Positions 27,588-37,464 of a stretch of 64,000 nucleotides of DNA are shown here, piece by piece (within the stretch, counting starts at the first letter, position 1; each line of letters opens with the position of its first letter). The translations under genes were made by a program, and so were the position numbers. The notes beneath the pieces were generated by a model. That model had not been told where the DNA came from, ran no database searches, and was given only the letters and a program-made list of their open reading frames with translations. Source of the DNA: Polyangiales bacterium (GTDB lineage Bacteria > Myxococcota_A > Polyangia > Polyangiales > Polyangiaceae); contig JBBRNJ010000030.1 of NCBI GenBank assembly GCA_038230375.1, positions 1-64,000 of the forward strand, written 5' to 3'.

Positions 27588-28609
27588 GCGAGCTCCTTGC
27601 CGTCGGGCTCGGGCTTCGCCTTGCGAGTGGCAGTGCTGATCCGATACGCGGGGTTGCGCGCGCGCATGAGCTCACCGATGGGCTTGTGGGCCGCGAGCGC
27701 ATGCCATGGATCGAACGAGAACCCCTCGCAGAGGTCGCTCACCTTCGCGGCGCGCGCGCCATCCGCATCCCGCTTGTTGAGCGTGACGCGAGCGACCGTC
27801 AGCGGCTTCGAGTACTCCTCACTCCAGGCGCGCGTGGGGTCCTCGATCGGCGTGTGCTCGTCGTCGGTGTAGAACTGGAGCTGGAAGTCGTACGTCACCT
27901 GGTCCTTCTCGAGGCGCGACGCGAGCTCCTTGCCAAGGTAGTCGGCGTCGCGCGTGACGAGCGGACCGCCCGCCTTGGCATGCGGTGAGAGCTGGAGACG
28001 CGCCGCATACTCGCCCACGCGAATGGGCGCAGGGCTGTAGTACGTGGTGGTGGCGAGCGACGTCATGGGCACGGACAGACCGCGCGACAGGTCCGACAAG
28101 AGCCCCACGCCGCGCGAGATGCCGAGCGCCCACAGGATCCTCGGAAGGGCGAGAAGCGGAGAGCCGGCGGCCGCCGTGACCACCTCCACGAACTCGCGAA
28201 CGCTGCGGAACGGCATGGTGCGCGAGCGGATCATGAGAAAATCCTGCGTGGTCGCGTCCTCCATGCCCGGAATGAGCTTCTTGCCGGGCACGCCGAGCAC
28301 CTTGATGGCAATGCCGCGAACGTCACCGGCCTTGTCGTGCTGGCGCTTCACGGCGCCGTTCGAGTAGCGCACGTACGCCTTGTAGGTGGACGGCTCGGCG
28401 AAGAGCCCCGCGCGTGCGTGCTCCGGGAGATCGGGCAGCACGGTGAACATCGCCTGCACGCCCAGGTTCCCCTTCGCGTGGAGCGCGCGCATCGGGCTGC
28501 CGTCGCCCGCGACCTCCTTCTGCATCGCGCCCAGGCGCGCGGCGTAGGCCTCGAAGGCGGCCTCCTCGCCTTCCTTGATCTCTTCCTTCCAGCTGGTCGC
28601 GGGCTGCAC
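27584..28609 (-). CDS. Small catalase-related heme protein
   Basis: RALHAKG (distal His), VRYSNG, DVRGIAIK, QDFLM, TPIEDP, FSFDPWH, RAR..AY (proximal Tyr). Confidence 0.88.
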   Translation of the reverse strand: MQPATSWKEEIKEGEEAAFEAYAARLGAMQKEVAGDGSPMRALHAKGNLGVQAMFTVLPDLPEHARAGLFAEPSTYKAYVRYSNGAVKRQHDKAGDVRGIAIKVLGVPGKKLIPGMEDATTQDFLMIRSRTMPFRSVREFVEVVTAAAGSPLLALPRILWALGISRGVGLLSDLSRGLSVPMTSLATTTYYSPAPIRVGEYAARLQLSPHAKAGGPLVTRDADYLGKELASRLEKDQVTYDFQLQFYTDDEHTPIEDPTRAWSEEYSKPLTVARVTLNKRDADGARAAKVSDLCEGFSFDPWHALAAHKPIGELMRARNPAYRISTATRKAKPEPDGKELA

Positions 28610-28630
28610 GGCGCCAGGCTACCATGGGGC

Positions 28631-29956
28631 ATGGCCCTGCGGCTCTCCTGCACCGTCCCGATCGGAGCTCTGGGCGCGTTCGCGCTCTCTTCGATCCTGG
28701 GCGCCTGCCAGAGTGATGCAGCGGTGCCCGGCGGTACGGACGACAGTGGCGCGCCCGCCGACGTGACGGATGCCGCGCCCGACGCCCGGTACGAGCACAT
28801 CTACCCGGCGCCGCACGCGCCGCTCCCGAGCGTGGACCTGCGCATCGCGGAGCGCGCGAAGGTGCAGACGCACCAGAGAGTCGTCACGATCGCCTTCGAG
28901 GGCGACCCCGTGAAGGCGCGGATGGAAGCGTTCACGGAGATGATCGGCGCGACGGACTGGTGGACCCAGACCACGCTCGAGTACTGCACGGACACCGGAC
29001 CGGACGGCTGCATCGGACAGACCACAGTCCTCGGCCACGTCACGCTGAAGGGCCCGCCGCCTGCGTCGCTCTCGCCGCTGGGCGTGGAGGACTTCGTGCA
29101 GCAGCTGATCACGAACGGCACCGTACCGCCGCCCAAAGATGATGTAGTCTACATGCTCCTGTTCCCCGCTTCGGTGAAGCTGGGCGAGCCGGGCTTCGAG
29201 TCGTGCGTTGCATTCGACGGCTACCACGGCCTCTTGAAGGCGCTCGTCCCCTCCCCTGCGGACGCGGACGCAGGCGCCGACGCGGACGCAGGCGGCGATG
29301 CCGGGATCGCTCCGGACGCGGGCGACGCAGGTGGCGGCGGCACGTTCGCGAAGGCGATCTACGCGGTGCAGGCGCAATGCGCCGGCGGCGAGGCAGAGAC
29401 GACCGTGGGCGTCGCGCACGAGCTCATCGAGACCGCGACCGATCCCGACGGCTTCGGCTTCAACGTGGCGGATCCGGCGTGGAGCACCTTCTTCTACCCG
29501 GAGGTCGGCGATCTCTGCGACTACGAGCCCACGCAGACCGCGGGGGGCTTCACCGTGCAGAGCGGCTGGTCGAACGTGGCCGCGCGCGCAGGAAAGAATC
29601 CGTGCGCGCCCAGCGTGCCCGGCGACATCTACTTCAACGCCGCTCCCGCAGTGCAGCGCGTGTCCCTCAAGGTCGGCGAGTCGACCACCGTGGAGGTGAT
29701 GCCGTTCTCCAGCGCGCCCACGCCGGACTGGCAGCTGGACGCCCTCGATCTCTCGACGCTCTACGGCGATCCAGCCGCACTTCACCTGGAGCTCGATCGC
29801 AGGCAGGTCCACAACGGGCTGCCAGTCACGCTCACCGTGAAGCTGCTTCGAACTCCCGATCCGCTACCGACGGGAAACCGCGCCGCGGTCCTCGTTCTTG
29901 CCTCCAAGCAGGGCAAATCCGAGCGCTACTGGCCGATGCTGGTCGTACCGAAGTGA
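28631..29956 (+). CDS. Cys-containing lipoprotein, hypothetical (myxobacterial family)
   Basis: ATG 28631, lipobox LGAC; GYH, HEL.E.ATDP, EVGDLC, WSN.AA..G.NPC motifs. Confidence 0.8.
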   Translation: MALRLSCTVPIGALGAFALSSILGACQSDAAVPGGTDDSGAPADVTDAAPDARYEHIYPAPHAPLPSVDLRIAERAKVQTHQRVVTIAFEGDPVKARMEAFTEMIGATDWWTQTTLEYCTDTGPDGCIGQTTVLGHVTLKGPPPASLSPLGVEDFVQQLITNGTVPPPKDDVVYMLLFPASVKLGEPGFESCVAFDGYHGLLKALVPSPADADAGADADAGGDAGIAPDAGDAGGGGTFAKAIYAVQAQCAGGEAETTVGVAHELIETATDPDGFGFNVADPAWSTFFYPEVGDLCDYEPTQTAGGFTVQSGWSNVAARAGKNPCAPSVPGDIYFNAAPAVQRVSLKVGESTTVEVMPFSSAPTPDWQLDALDLSTLYGDPAALHLELDRRQVHNGLPVTLTVKLLRTPDPLPTGNRAAVLVLASKQGKSERYWPMLVVPK

Positions 29957-30046
29957 CCCCGGGGGCTGGGTAGACCGGGCTGCTCCATGATCTGTTGCGG
30001 AAGGATACACGGGAGGGTGGAGCAGCGTGCACGGCAGTGATAGGAA

Positions 30047-31372
30047 TTGCGTGTGTCCGTTCAACGCGAAGACAATCCGGTCCAGGTCATCGAGAGCATT
30101 CCCGTTGCGGGCAGTCACGGCGTAACCGCCGAGGAGGCTGACCGCGAGAAGATCCCGATACCCGATCACCTCATCATGTACCCGGAGCTCGGGCGCGGCG
30201 GCATGGGCCACGTGCACCCGGCCACGGACCGCAACCTGCTGCGGCACGTCGCGCTGAAGCGCCTGGATCCAGAGCTTGCGTCGGAGCCGTTCTATCGCGA
30301 TGGCTTCATCGCGGAGGCGCAGATCGCCGGGCAGCTGGAGCACCCGAACATCCTGCCCGTGTACGAGCTCGCGCTCGACCCGCGCCAGATCCCGTACTTC
30401 ACCATGAAGCTCGTGCAGGGCGTCGGCTTCGACGGGTGGCTCTACAAGCATCCCGTCGGCAAGCCCGAGCGCATGGTCGAAGGACTCGACATCATCATCA
30501 AGGTCGCGGACGCCGTCGCATACGCGCACCACCGCGGCGTGGTGCATCGCGATCTCAAGCCGGGCAACGTGATGGTCGCCGGCTTCGGTCAGGTCTACCT
30601 GATGGACTGGGGGCTTGCGCGCCTCACGAAGTCGCAGCCTGCGTCGGGCGCCAACTCGCAGATGAACGCGAAGGGCGCGGTCGGCACTGCGGACTACATG
30701 TCCCCGGAGCAGGCGCGCGGCAACCCGGCCGAGATGGACGAGCGCGCGGATGTCTTCGGCATTGGCGCGATGCTCTACGAGGTCTGCACGGGCAAGCGCC
30801 CCTACGGCGAACACCCGAACCCGGACGAGCTCATCGCGCGCGCCGCACGCGGCGACGTGATCCCCGTGGAGAAGGCAGCGCCGGGCGTTGGCTTGCCGAA
30901 GCGCATGGCCGCGATCGTCTCGCGAGCTCTCCGTCCGCGCCCCGAGGATCGCTACCAGTCCGTGGAGGCGCTGGCCACCGACCTGCGCGCGTTCATGCGC
31001 GGCGGTCTACACCTACCCAGCCGCACGTTCGCCGCGGGCACGCGCATCATGAACGAAGGCGACGCTGGCGACGAGGCGTACATGATCGTCGCGGGCCACT
31101 GCAACGCCTCACGCGCGGTCGACGGCAAAGAGGAGCAGCTCGCGGTCATGGGACCGGGAGAGGTCTTCGGCGAGATGGCCCTCCTTCTCGACGAGCCGCG
31201 CGCGGCAAGCGTCACCGCGATCGATCCGGTCACGGTGCTCGTGCTCGATCGCCACACGCTGACGGACGGCCTGGGCCTGGAAGGCTGGACCGGAGCGCTG
31301 GTCGTGGCCCTGGCAAGCCGCTTCCGCAAACTGGAAGAACAAGTAAGAGCCTCAGGCCTCCGGAGAGGCTGA
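30047..31372 (+). CDS. Cytoplasmic Ser/Thr kinase with C-terminal cNMP-binding domain
   Basis: GRGGMG, VALK, HRDLKPGN, DWG, YMSPE; EGDAGD..Y.I..G...FGEMALL...PRAASV.A. Confidence 0.95.
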   Translation: MRVSVQREDNPVQVIESIPVAGSHGVTAEEADREKIPIPDHLIMYPELGRGGMGHVHPATDRNLLRHVALKRLDPELASEPFYRDGFIAEAQIAGQLEHPNILPVYELALDPRQIPYFTMKLVQGVGFDGWLYKHPVGKPERMVEGLDIIIKVADAVAYAHHRGVVHRDLKPGNVMVAGFGQVYLMDWGLARLTKSQPASGANSQMNAKGAVGTADYMSPEQARGNPAEMDERADVFGIGAMLYEVCTGKRPYGEHPNPDELIARAARGDVIPVEKAAPGVGLPKRMAAIVSRALRPRPEDRYQSVEALATDLRAFMRGGLHLPSRTFAAGTRIMNEGDAGDEAYMIVAGHCNASRAVDGKEEQLAVMGPGEVFGEMALLLDEPRAASVTAIDPVTVLVLDRHTLTDGLGLEGWTGALVVALASRFRKLEEQVRASGLRRG

Positions 31373-31417
31373 CCGGCGCCAATTTTGATGCGGCTCACGC
31401 CAATATTGGCGCGGGTA

Positions 31418-32464
31418 TCACAGCCCCAGTTCGCGCCAGCGGACCATTCCTCCTGCGAGGTTCGCGACCTTCGTCAGGCCATGCTTGCGGAGGATCGCGG
31501 TCGCCATCGCGGAGCGCTTCCCGGTCTGGCAGACCACGACCACTGGCTTGTCGGGCGTGACCTCGGCCAAGCGTGCGCGCAGCTCGTCGAGCGGGATGAG
31601 ATTCGCGCCGTCGATGTGGCCTAGCTCGCCGTCGAACTCGGCGCTCGAGCGGACGTCGAGGAGGGAGACGGCGGCGCGGTGAGCCATGACCCACTCGGGG
31701 GCGATCTCCCAGACGCCCGCGTAGGTGACGATGACCGGGCCCCACGACGGCGCGGTGGGCGCGGCGCCATCCTCTGGCTCCCCGCCGCGCAGGTTCGCGG
31801 GCACGGCAACGGCGAGCTGCTTCGGGTGTGGCAGCGCCATGTTCTGCATGTAGCCGACGAAGTCCTCGCGCCGTGCGTCGCCGCCGATGCGTGGATTATG
31901 CAACTTTTCCTCGCCCACGCTGCTCTGCGTGCGGCCGTCGTAGTCGTGGCCGGGGTAGATCTGACAGCTCTCTGGCAGCGTGAAGATCTGCGTCTGGATC
32001 GAGTCGAACAGCTTGCTCGCGCAGCCGTTCTGGAAGTCCGTCCGACCCGCGCCGCGGATGAGGAGCGCGTCGCCGGTGAACACCATCGACGTGTCGTCGG
32101 TGACGAAGGAGAGGCAGCCGTCGGTGTGCCCTGGCGTGGCGCGCACGTGGAGCTTCTCGCTGCCGAACGCGATCACGTCGCCATGTGCGAGCGGCAGATC
32201 GATGTTCTTTGCGTTGTAGATGGGCGAGAGCCCGATGCGGCTGCCCGTTGCGCGCTTCATCAGCCAGGCGCCGGACACGTGGTCCGCGTGGCAGTGGGTG
32301 TCGAGGGTTGCGACGAGGTCGAGCCCCAGCTCACGAATGAGTGCGGCATCGCGCGCGTGCTGCTCGAACACGGGGTCGATGAGGACCGCCTTCTTCGCGG
32401 TCTCGTCCGCGAGGAGGTACGTGTACGTGCTGGATGCGGCGTCGGCGAGCTGTCGGAAGAGCAT
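31418..32464 (-). CDS. Persulfide dioxygenase (ETHE1-like MBL fold)-rhodanese fusion
   Basis: THCHADHVSG, TPGHTDGC, FTGDALLIRG.GRTDFQ, YPGHDY; rhodanese DVR...GHI.GA...CQTGKRS...LAGGM..W. Confidence 0.93.
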   Translation of the reverse strand: MLFRQLADAASSTYTYLLADETAKKAVLIDPVFEQHARDAALIRELGLDLVATLDTHCHADHVSGAWLMKRATGSRIGLSPIYNAKNIDLPLAHGDVIAFGSEKLHVRATPGHTDGCLSFVTDDTSMVFTGDALLIRGAGRTDFQNGCASKLFDSIQTQIFTLPESCQIYPGHDYDGRTQSSVGEEKLHNPRIGGDARREDFVGYMQNMALPHPKQLAVAVPANLRGGEPEDGAAPTAPSWGPVIVTYAGVWEIAPEWVMAHRAAVSLLDVRSSAEFDGELGHIDGANLIPLDELRARLAEVTPDKPVVVVCQTGKRSAMATAILRKHGLTKVANLAGGMVRWRELGL

Positions 32465-32473
32465 CGACCATCA

Positions 32474-33931
32474 TCATAGCCTGACGCCGACCAGGACGCG
32501 TGCGCCCAGGCGAAACCCCGGCTCGTCGAGCAGGGCGTGCGAATCACTTGCGTCCACGACGGAGCGCACGCCGTGGAGAGTGCCGAACAGGAACGCGCCG
32601 ACGGTCACGCGATCCCAGACGTAGCGCGCGCCCGCGTCCGCCGTGAGCGCAGCGCCGACGCCAGAGGCATGGCGCGAATCGTTCGACTTCGAGGGGTCTC
32701 CGAGCGACGTTACGACTTCCTGTCCCAGGAACGAGATCGTCGCGTCGGCGCCGAAAGAGAGATCGCCTGGCGTCATGAAGAAGAGTCCGCCGCCGAACGC
32801 CCATGTGTCGAGGCGCGTGCTCGCCGTGGCGCTCTTTCCGAGGGGGCTCGGATAGTCGAATGTGGTGAGCGAGCCGAGCTCCGTGGCGAGGCCGATGCCG
32901 AGCGTGCTGGTGATGCGGCGACCAGCGCGCAGGAGAAAGCTGCCACCGTAGAGCGTGCGGTTCTTGCCCTCCGGGGTCTCGCCCAGCGGAGCGCCGAGGC
33001 GGAGATTCGTGTACGTGCCCACGCCTCCCGCCTCGATCAACCAGCGGCGGTCCTTCCGCTGCGGATCGCCGTCCGGCTGGCCCGGGTCCGTTCCCCCGCC
33101 CACCTGCGCACGCGGCACGTCGAGCGTGACCGAGTCGTCCTCGACGACCGTGACGGAGTCGGCGAACGTGCTGCCGCTGGCGCGAAGCACCTCCACGCGC
33201 GTGGGCCCGGGTGGGAGCGAGACCGTCGCCGAGCCGACGCCGCGCGTTACCCCTTGCACGAGCACGCGATCGCCCGGCTCCGCGTTCACCACGAGTATCC
33301 CGGCGCCCGACGGAACCAGCACGACGACCTCCGCGCGCTCGCGGCCCGCCACACGCACGCGATCCTTCTTCGCGACGCGCGGCGAGAGCACCTCCACCGT
33401 GTGCTCGCCCACGCCAACGCGCAGGGTGGCTTGCCCGTTCTCGAGCCTCTGTCTCACGCCATCCACGACGAGCGCAATTCCGTCCGGCGCGGGGCCGCCC
33501 TTCGCGCGCACCGTGACATGTAGCTCCGCGATGAGCGGCTGCAGGTCGGCAATGGCGGTCAGGATCTGCGCGCGTGCGTCCGCCTTCACATCCGCGCCGC
33601 CGATGCGCAGCGTCTCCTCCAGCGCGTCCAGCGCCTCCGGATAGCGGCGCAACGCACGCAGCGCGAGCGCGATGTTCTGCTCGATGATCCACGATGGTTT
33701 GTCGCGCATCGCGGCCTCGAACTCCGACAGCGCGCCCGCGTAGTCCGGCGGCTTCGCGTCATACAGCTTCACGCCTTCGTCGAAGTGCTCGCGCGCACGC
33801 CGCTCACGCGCAGCGACTTCGCTCTGGTCGGCAGCGTACGCGCTGGCCGGTGTCAGCACGAACGCGCCACCGAGCAGCGCGACGAAGAAGAGAACGCGTG
33901 GATGCATCCTGCCGCGCATCGTCGCACGCAT
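32474..33931 (-). CDS. TPR + PEGA protein with C-terminal beta-barrel-like domain
   Basis: Start overlaps the kinase stop (TGATG at 33931); AREHFDEGV.LY...Y..AL.EF; two PEGA-like repeats; amphipathic strands ending GARVLVGVRL. Confidence 0.85.
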   Translation of the reverse strand: MRATMRGRMHPRVLFFVALLGGAFVLTPASAYAADQSEVAARERRAREHFDEGVKLYDAKPPDYAGALSEFEAAMRDKPSWIIEQNIALALRALRRYPEALDALEETLRIGGADVKADARAQILTAIADLQPLIAELHVTVRAKGGPAPDGIALVVDGVRQRLENGQATLRVGVGEHTVEVLSPRVAKKDRVRVAGRERAEVVVLVPSGAGILVVNAEPGDRVLVQGVTRGVGSATVSLPPGPTRVEVLRASGSTFADSVTVVEDDSVTLDVPRAQVGGGTDPGQPDGDPQRKDRRWLIEAGGVGTYTNLRLGAPLGETPEGKNRTLYGGSFLLRAGRRITSTLGIGLATELGSLTTFDYPSPLGKSATASTRLDTWAFGGGLFFMTPGDLSFGADATISFLGQEVVTSLGDPSKSNDSRHASGVGAALTADAGARYVWDRVTVGAFLFGTLHGVRSVVDASDSHALLDEPGFRLGARVLVGVRL

Positions 33932-35262
33932 CAGGGCAGCTTGCGCTGGATGTCGAGGCCCGGCTTCGCGGTCCCCATGCCAGCGGGGAGCGGCTTTCCA
34001 GATGGCGGCGGACTGGACTGGGTCGCCAAGGCCGAGGGCAGCGCAGATGGCTGCGGGGGCGCCACGGACGACTGCGCATGCTCCGGCACCGTGAGGACCA
34101 CGACCGGCGGCTTCGCCAGCACGTTGAGCCCCGCGAGCGCGAGGATCACGCCGAAGCCCGTCGCCGCGAGCGCAACCCAGAGCGGTCGCATCGAGCGCAT
34201 GGGCGGAGGGCCGGGTCGCTCGGACGGGTGCAGCTGCAGCTGCGTGGCGGCGAGCGACACGTCCGGTGACGAAGGCTCCTCGGCTGCGCCGGACCGCTGC
34301 GTTGCGAGCACCTCCTTCGTGTCCATCGGGACGCGCGCCTTCTCCTCCGGCGCGATCTCGTGCACCGCGGCGAGCATCTGCCTGGCGGAACGCCACCGCT
34401 GCACTGGATCGCGCTCGAGCGCGCGCCTCACGACGGCGGCCACGGGCTCCGGCGTGCCTGGCGCGAGCGTGCGCACGTCCGCTGCATCACTCATGCAGAT
34501 TGCGAGGATCACCTGCTCGTAGGAGTTGCCCGTGTGTGGCGTGCGGCCTGTGAGGCACTCGTACAGGATCGCGCCGATGCTGTAGAGGTCCGAGCGCTCG
34601 TCCACGTCGGGCTTGGCCTGCGCCTGCTCCGGCGCCATGTAGAACGGCGTGCCCAGGACGGTGCCGTGCCCTGTGAGCGCGAGCGGCATGGTCGCGGCGT
34701 GCGCCTTCTTGATCTTGGAGATGCCGAAGTCGACGATCTTCACGTGCACCTGCAGCGGGTCAGACTCCGACTCGCAGAGGAACAGATTGTCCGGCTTGAG
34801 ATCGCGGTGGACGATGCCTGCCTCGTGCGCGCGCGCCAGACCACGCAGGGTCTGTGCGATCACGTGGAGCGCAAACGCGAGCGGGACCCGGTGGTCGCTC
34901 TTGAGCTTGGCCCCCAGGTCTTCACCGCGGAGGAGCTCCATCACGAAGTACGGGCGTCCGTTGTCCGTGCCCACATCGAACACGGTGACAATGTGTGGGC
35001 TCTCCACCACGCTGGCGGCGCGGGCCTCGCGTGCGAAGCGGTTACCGACGGTCTCGTCGTCCGCGTACTCGCGCATGATGAACTTGATGGCGACGTGCTT
35101 GCCAAGGCCCAGGTGCTCGGCCTCGTAGACAGAACCCATGCCACCCCGTCCGATGATGCGGATGACCTTGTATTTGCCTGCGATGGTCTTGCCGATGACT
35201 TCGTCGGCCGGGGTCTCTCTATCTCCCTCGATGGGTGCAGTGGGCGCGGGGGGCGCGTTCAT
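33931..35262 (-). CDS. Transmembrane Ser/Thr protein kinase
   Basis: GRGGMG, VAIK, HRDLKPDN, DFG, YMAPE; TM followed by Pro-rich tail. Confidence 0.96.
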   Translation of the reverse strand: MNAPPAPTAPIEGDRETPADEVIGKTIAGKYKVIRIIGRGGMGSVYEAEHLGLGKHVAIKFIMREYADDETVGNRFAREARAASVVESPHIVTVFDVGTDNGRPYFVMELLRGEDLGAKLKSDHRVPLAFALHVIAQTLRGLARAHEAGIVHRDLKPDNLFLCESESDPLQVHVKIVDFGISKIKKAHAATMPLALTGHGTVLGTPFYMAPEQAQAKPDVDERSDLYSIGAILYECLTGRTPHTGNSYEQVILAICMSDAADVRTLAPGTPEPVAAVVRRALERDPVQRWRSARQMLAAVHEIAPEEKARVPMDTKEVLATQRSGAAEEPSSPDVSLAATQLQLHPSERPGPPPMRSMRPLWVALAATGFGVILALAGLNVLAKPPVVVLTVPEHAQSSVAPPQPSALPSALATQSSPPPSGKPLPAGMGTAKPGLDIQRKLP

Positions 35263-35337
35263 CGGCTTGCTCTCGATGGTATCTCACCTTCCATTCGGGT
35301 GACAGCCGACGACAAACATTCGCGCTATGATGAACCG

Positions 35338-37464
35338 GTGAAAGCCCGCTTAACTTTTGGCGGCGCCGCACTGGCGGTGCTCCTGGTCTCGATGGCATGC
35401 GGCAGCACGAAGCCACAAGGCGGCCTCGTCATAGGACTGGAGACGGACGTCGCCGTTCCGGACAACGTCGATGGCATCGGCATCTCCATCGGCGTGAACG
35501 GCCAGATCAGGTACTCCAGGCTCTTCGCGCTCAGCCCGAACCTCGATCTCAAGGGCAAGAAGATCGTCAAGCTGCCCGCGACGATCCTGATCATGGAGCC
35601 GACCGCTGACGGCCCAGCGCCACCCGTCAACATCCGCGCCGTGGCATTTCACCAGGGCGAGGCGCGCATCGTGCGCGACGTGATATCGACGGTGCCACAC
35701 GGGCGAACGGCGCTGCTCCGCCTGCCGCTTGCGTACCTTGGCTACAACGACGGGGTGAAGGGCAAGGTCCCCACCAGCGCATTCGAGGACCCGAAGGCGA
35801 AGGGCCTCAGTGCGGTCATCCATCCCGAGGACACCTCCGATGGGGGGCTGGACGCGGACCTGATCACCACGATCGACTCCCGCTGCACAGCCCTCCAGCA
35901 CCTGACCAACGTCGATGGAGAGTGCCTCGACAGCACGATCGACTCCAGCACCCTGCCCGACTACGAGGACGCGCAGCTCTTCGAGAACGGCAAGGACGAG
36001 AACTTCGAGAGCAACCCTGAGAAGTGCTTCGACGTGGAGCAGTGCTTCACGCCCGCCGCGTCCCAGCACCTGCCTCTCGACCGCAGCAACGGTGAGTGCA
36101 CGGTCACGCTCCGGGGCAGCGCGAACGATGTCAACGTGGCGATGACCATCCAGCAGCCTTTGGACCCCGCGGCCCCGGCTATCGGGTTCTGCGTGGGCGT
36201 CGACAGCACCGGTGGGAAGCGGTGCATGGTGCCCATCGACCGCGACGACGTCCACGGCTTCCGCGTGGACACCGCGCGCGGCGTGGTGGTCCTTCCGAAG
36301 GGCGTCTGCGATCGCGCGACCGTCACCGGGATCGAGCTCACGCATGCGTGCGCATCGAAGTCGGCGGTCATGCCCATCGACGGCGCAGGCGCCAACTGCA
36401 TCACGGACGCGAACGACGGCGGCACCGCGGAAGGGGGCACGGACGCAGGCGCCGACGCCGACGCTGCGCTGCCAGAAGTGCCTCCGTGGTACGTGGACAA
36501 TGGCGCGACGGGCGTTGTCGCGGTGGGCGGAGGCGAAGTCGTCTCCATCACCAAGACCAAGCAACTGTCCTACGCATCCGACAGGGCAGGCAAGGGATTC
36601 GCCATGTCAGTCATCGCGAACGCAAGCCCCAGCTCCGCGGCCTTTGGCCCTACGTTCGTGACGGCCGACCCCACGGCGACGGTGGCCTATGCCACGTTCA
36701 ACGATGCGAACATCGTGCATGTCCCCTACACACTGACCAAGGGGTTCGATCAGCTATCCCCCTCATTCATCATGGGCCCCGGACCCGACCCGAGCGAACA
36801 GATCGGCCTTGGCGTGGCCGCATGCGCGAACACGGTGTGCTTTCCGTCTTCACCTACGATGAGGAGCTTCACATTTCCCGCGCTCGTGGCTTCCGGAGCA
36901 ACCACGTCCACGACGCTTGCTTCATCGCCGTATCCGGGCGCGTTCGCGTTCGCAGTTGCCCCCGACGAGTCGCTCTATGGCAGCTACGCAGCGGACTTCG
37001 ACGGTGGTATTGGAACCGCCGTTGCTTCTGGCAAGCCGGGCAACCTCATCGAGCTACGCCTCACCGGTGCGCCTCGTGCATACGGCACTGCGGTTGCGGT
37101 GAGCGGGACGTCGTTCCACATGGTGGTCACCGAAGCGCAGCAGGACGGGCAGGTCCATGTGCTCGTCATCGACACCGCTGCGCCTGGAATGCCGGTCGAT
37201 GCCGGCACGATCGGGCCCGCGTCCGATCCGGGGTTCCTGATGCGGAACCTTGCCGTGGCGGAGCGCGCCACGAGCCACTACGTCTACCTCACGGACACTG
37301 CAGGCAACCTCCTGTACGTGGACCCGTTCGCGGCGAAGCCTGCGCTCATGAACGTGGACAAGCAGAACCGCAGCTGCGCGACGTCGCTGGGTGTCGCCGT
37401 CGATACGACCTACGTCTACCGCGCGTGCGGCACGGGCATCACCCGGGACAAGCTCGTTCCGTGA
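35338..37464 (+). CDS. Large Cys-rich lipoprotein, paralog A
   Basis: GTG 35338, lipobox SMAC; N-terminal ~360 aa shared with the next gene; DAG linker; C-terminal propeller-like domain. Confidence 0.88.
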   Translation: MKARLTFGGAALAVLLVSMACGSTKPQGGLVIGLETDVAVPDNVDGIGISIGVNGQIRYSRLFALSPNLDLKGKKIVKLPATILIMEPTADGPAPPVNIRAVAFHQGEARIVRDVISTVPHGRTALLRLPLAYLGYNDGVKGKVPTSAFEDPKAKGLSAVIHPEDTSDGGLDADLITTIDSRCTALQHLTNVDGECLDSTIDSSTLPDYEDAQLFENGKDENFESNPEKCFDVEQCFTPAASQHLPLDRSNGECTVTLRGSANDVNVAMTIQQPLDPAAPAIGFCVGVDSTGGKRCMVPIDRDDVHGFRVDTARGVVVLPKGVCDRATVTGIELTHACASKSAVMPIDGAGANCITDANDGGTAEGGTDAGADADAALPEVPPWYVDNGATGVVAVGGGEVVSITKTKQLSYASDRAGKGFAMSVIANASPSSAAFGPTFVTADPTATVAYATFNDANIVHVPYTLTKGFDQLSPSFIMGPGPDPSEQIGLGVAACANTVCFPSSPTMRSFTFPALVASGATTSTTLASSPYPGAFAFAVAPDESLYGSYAADFDGGIGTAVASGKPGNLIELRLTGAPRAYGTAVAVSGTSFHMVVTEAQQDGQVHVLVIDTAAPGMPVDAGTIGPASDPGFLMRNLAVAERATSHYVYLTDTAGNLLYVDPFAAKPALMNVDKQNRSCATSLGVAVDTTYVYRACGTGITRDKLVP

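Noticed and set aside
34360..35337. N-terminal extension making a 1034-aa protein
   Set aside because: Overlaps the minus-strand kinase; the signal peptide begins at GTG 35338
36096..37463. N-terminal extension making a 1176-aa protein
   Set aside because: Off-frame overlap with paralog A; the real start is 37464 with a lipobox
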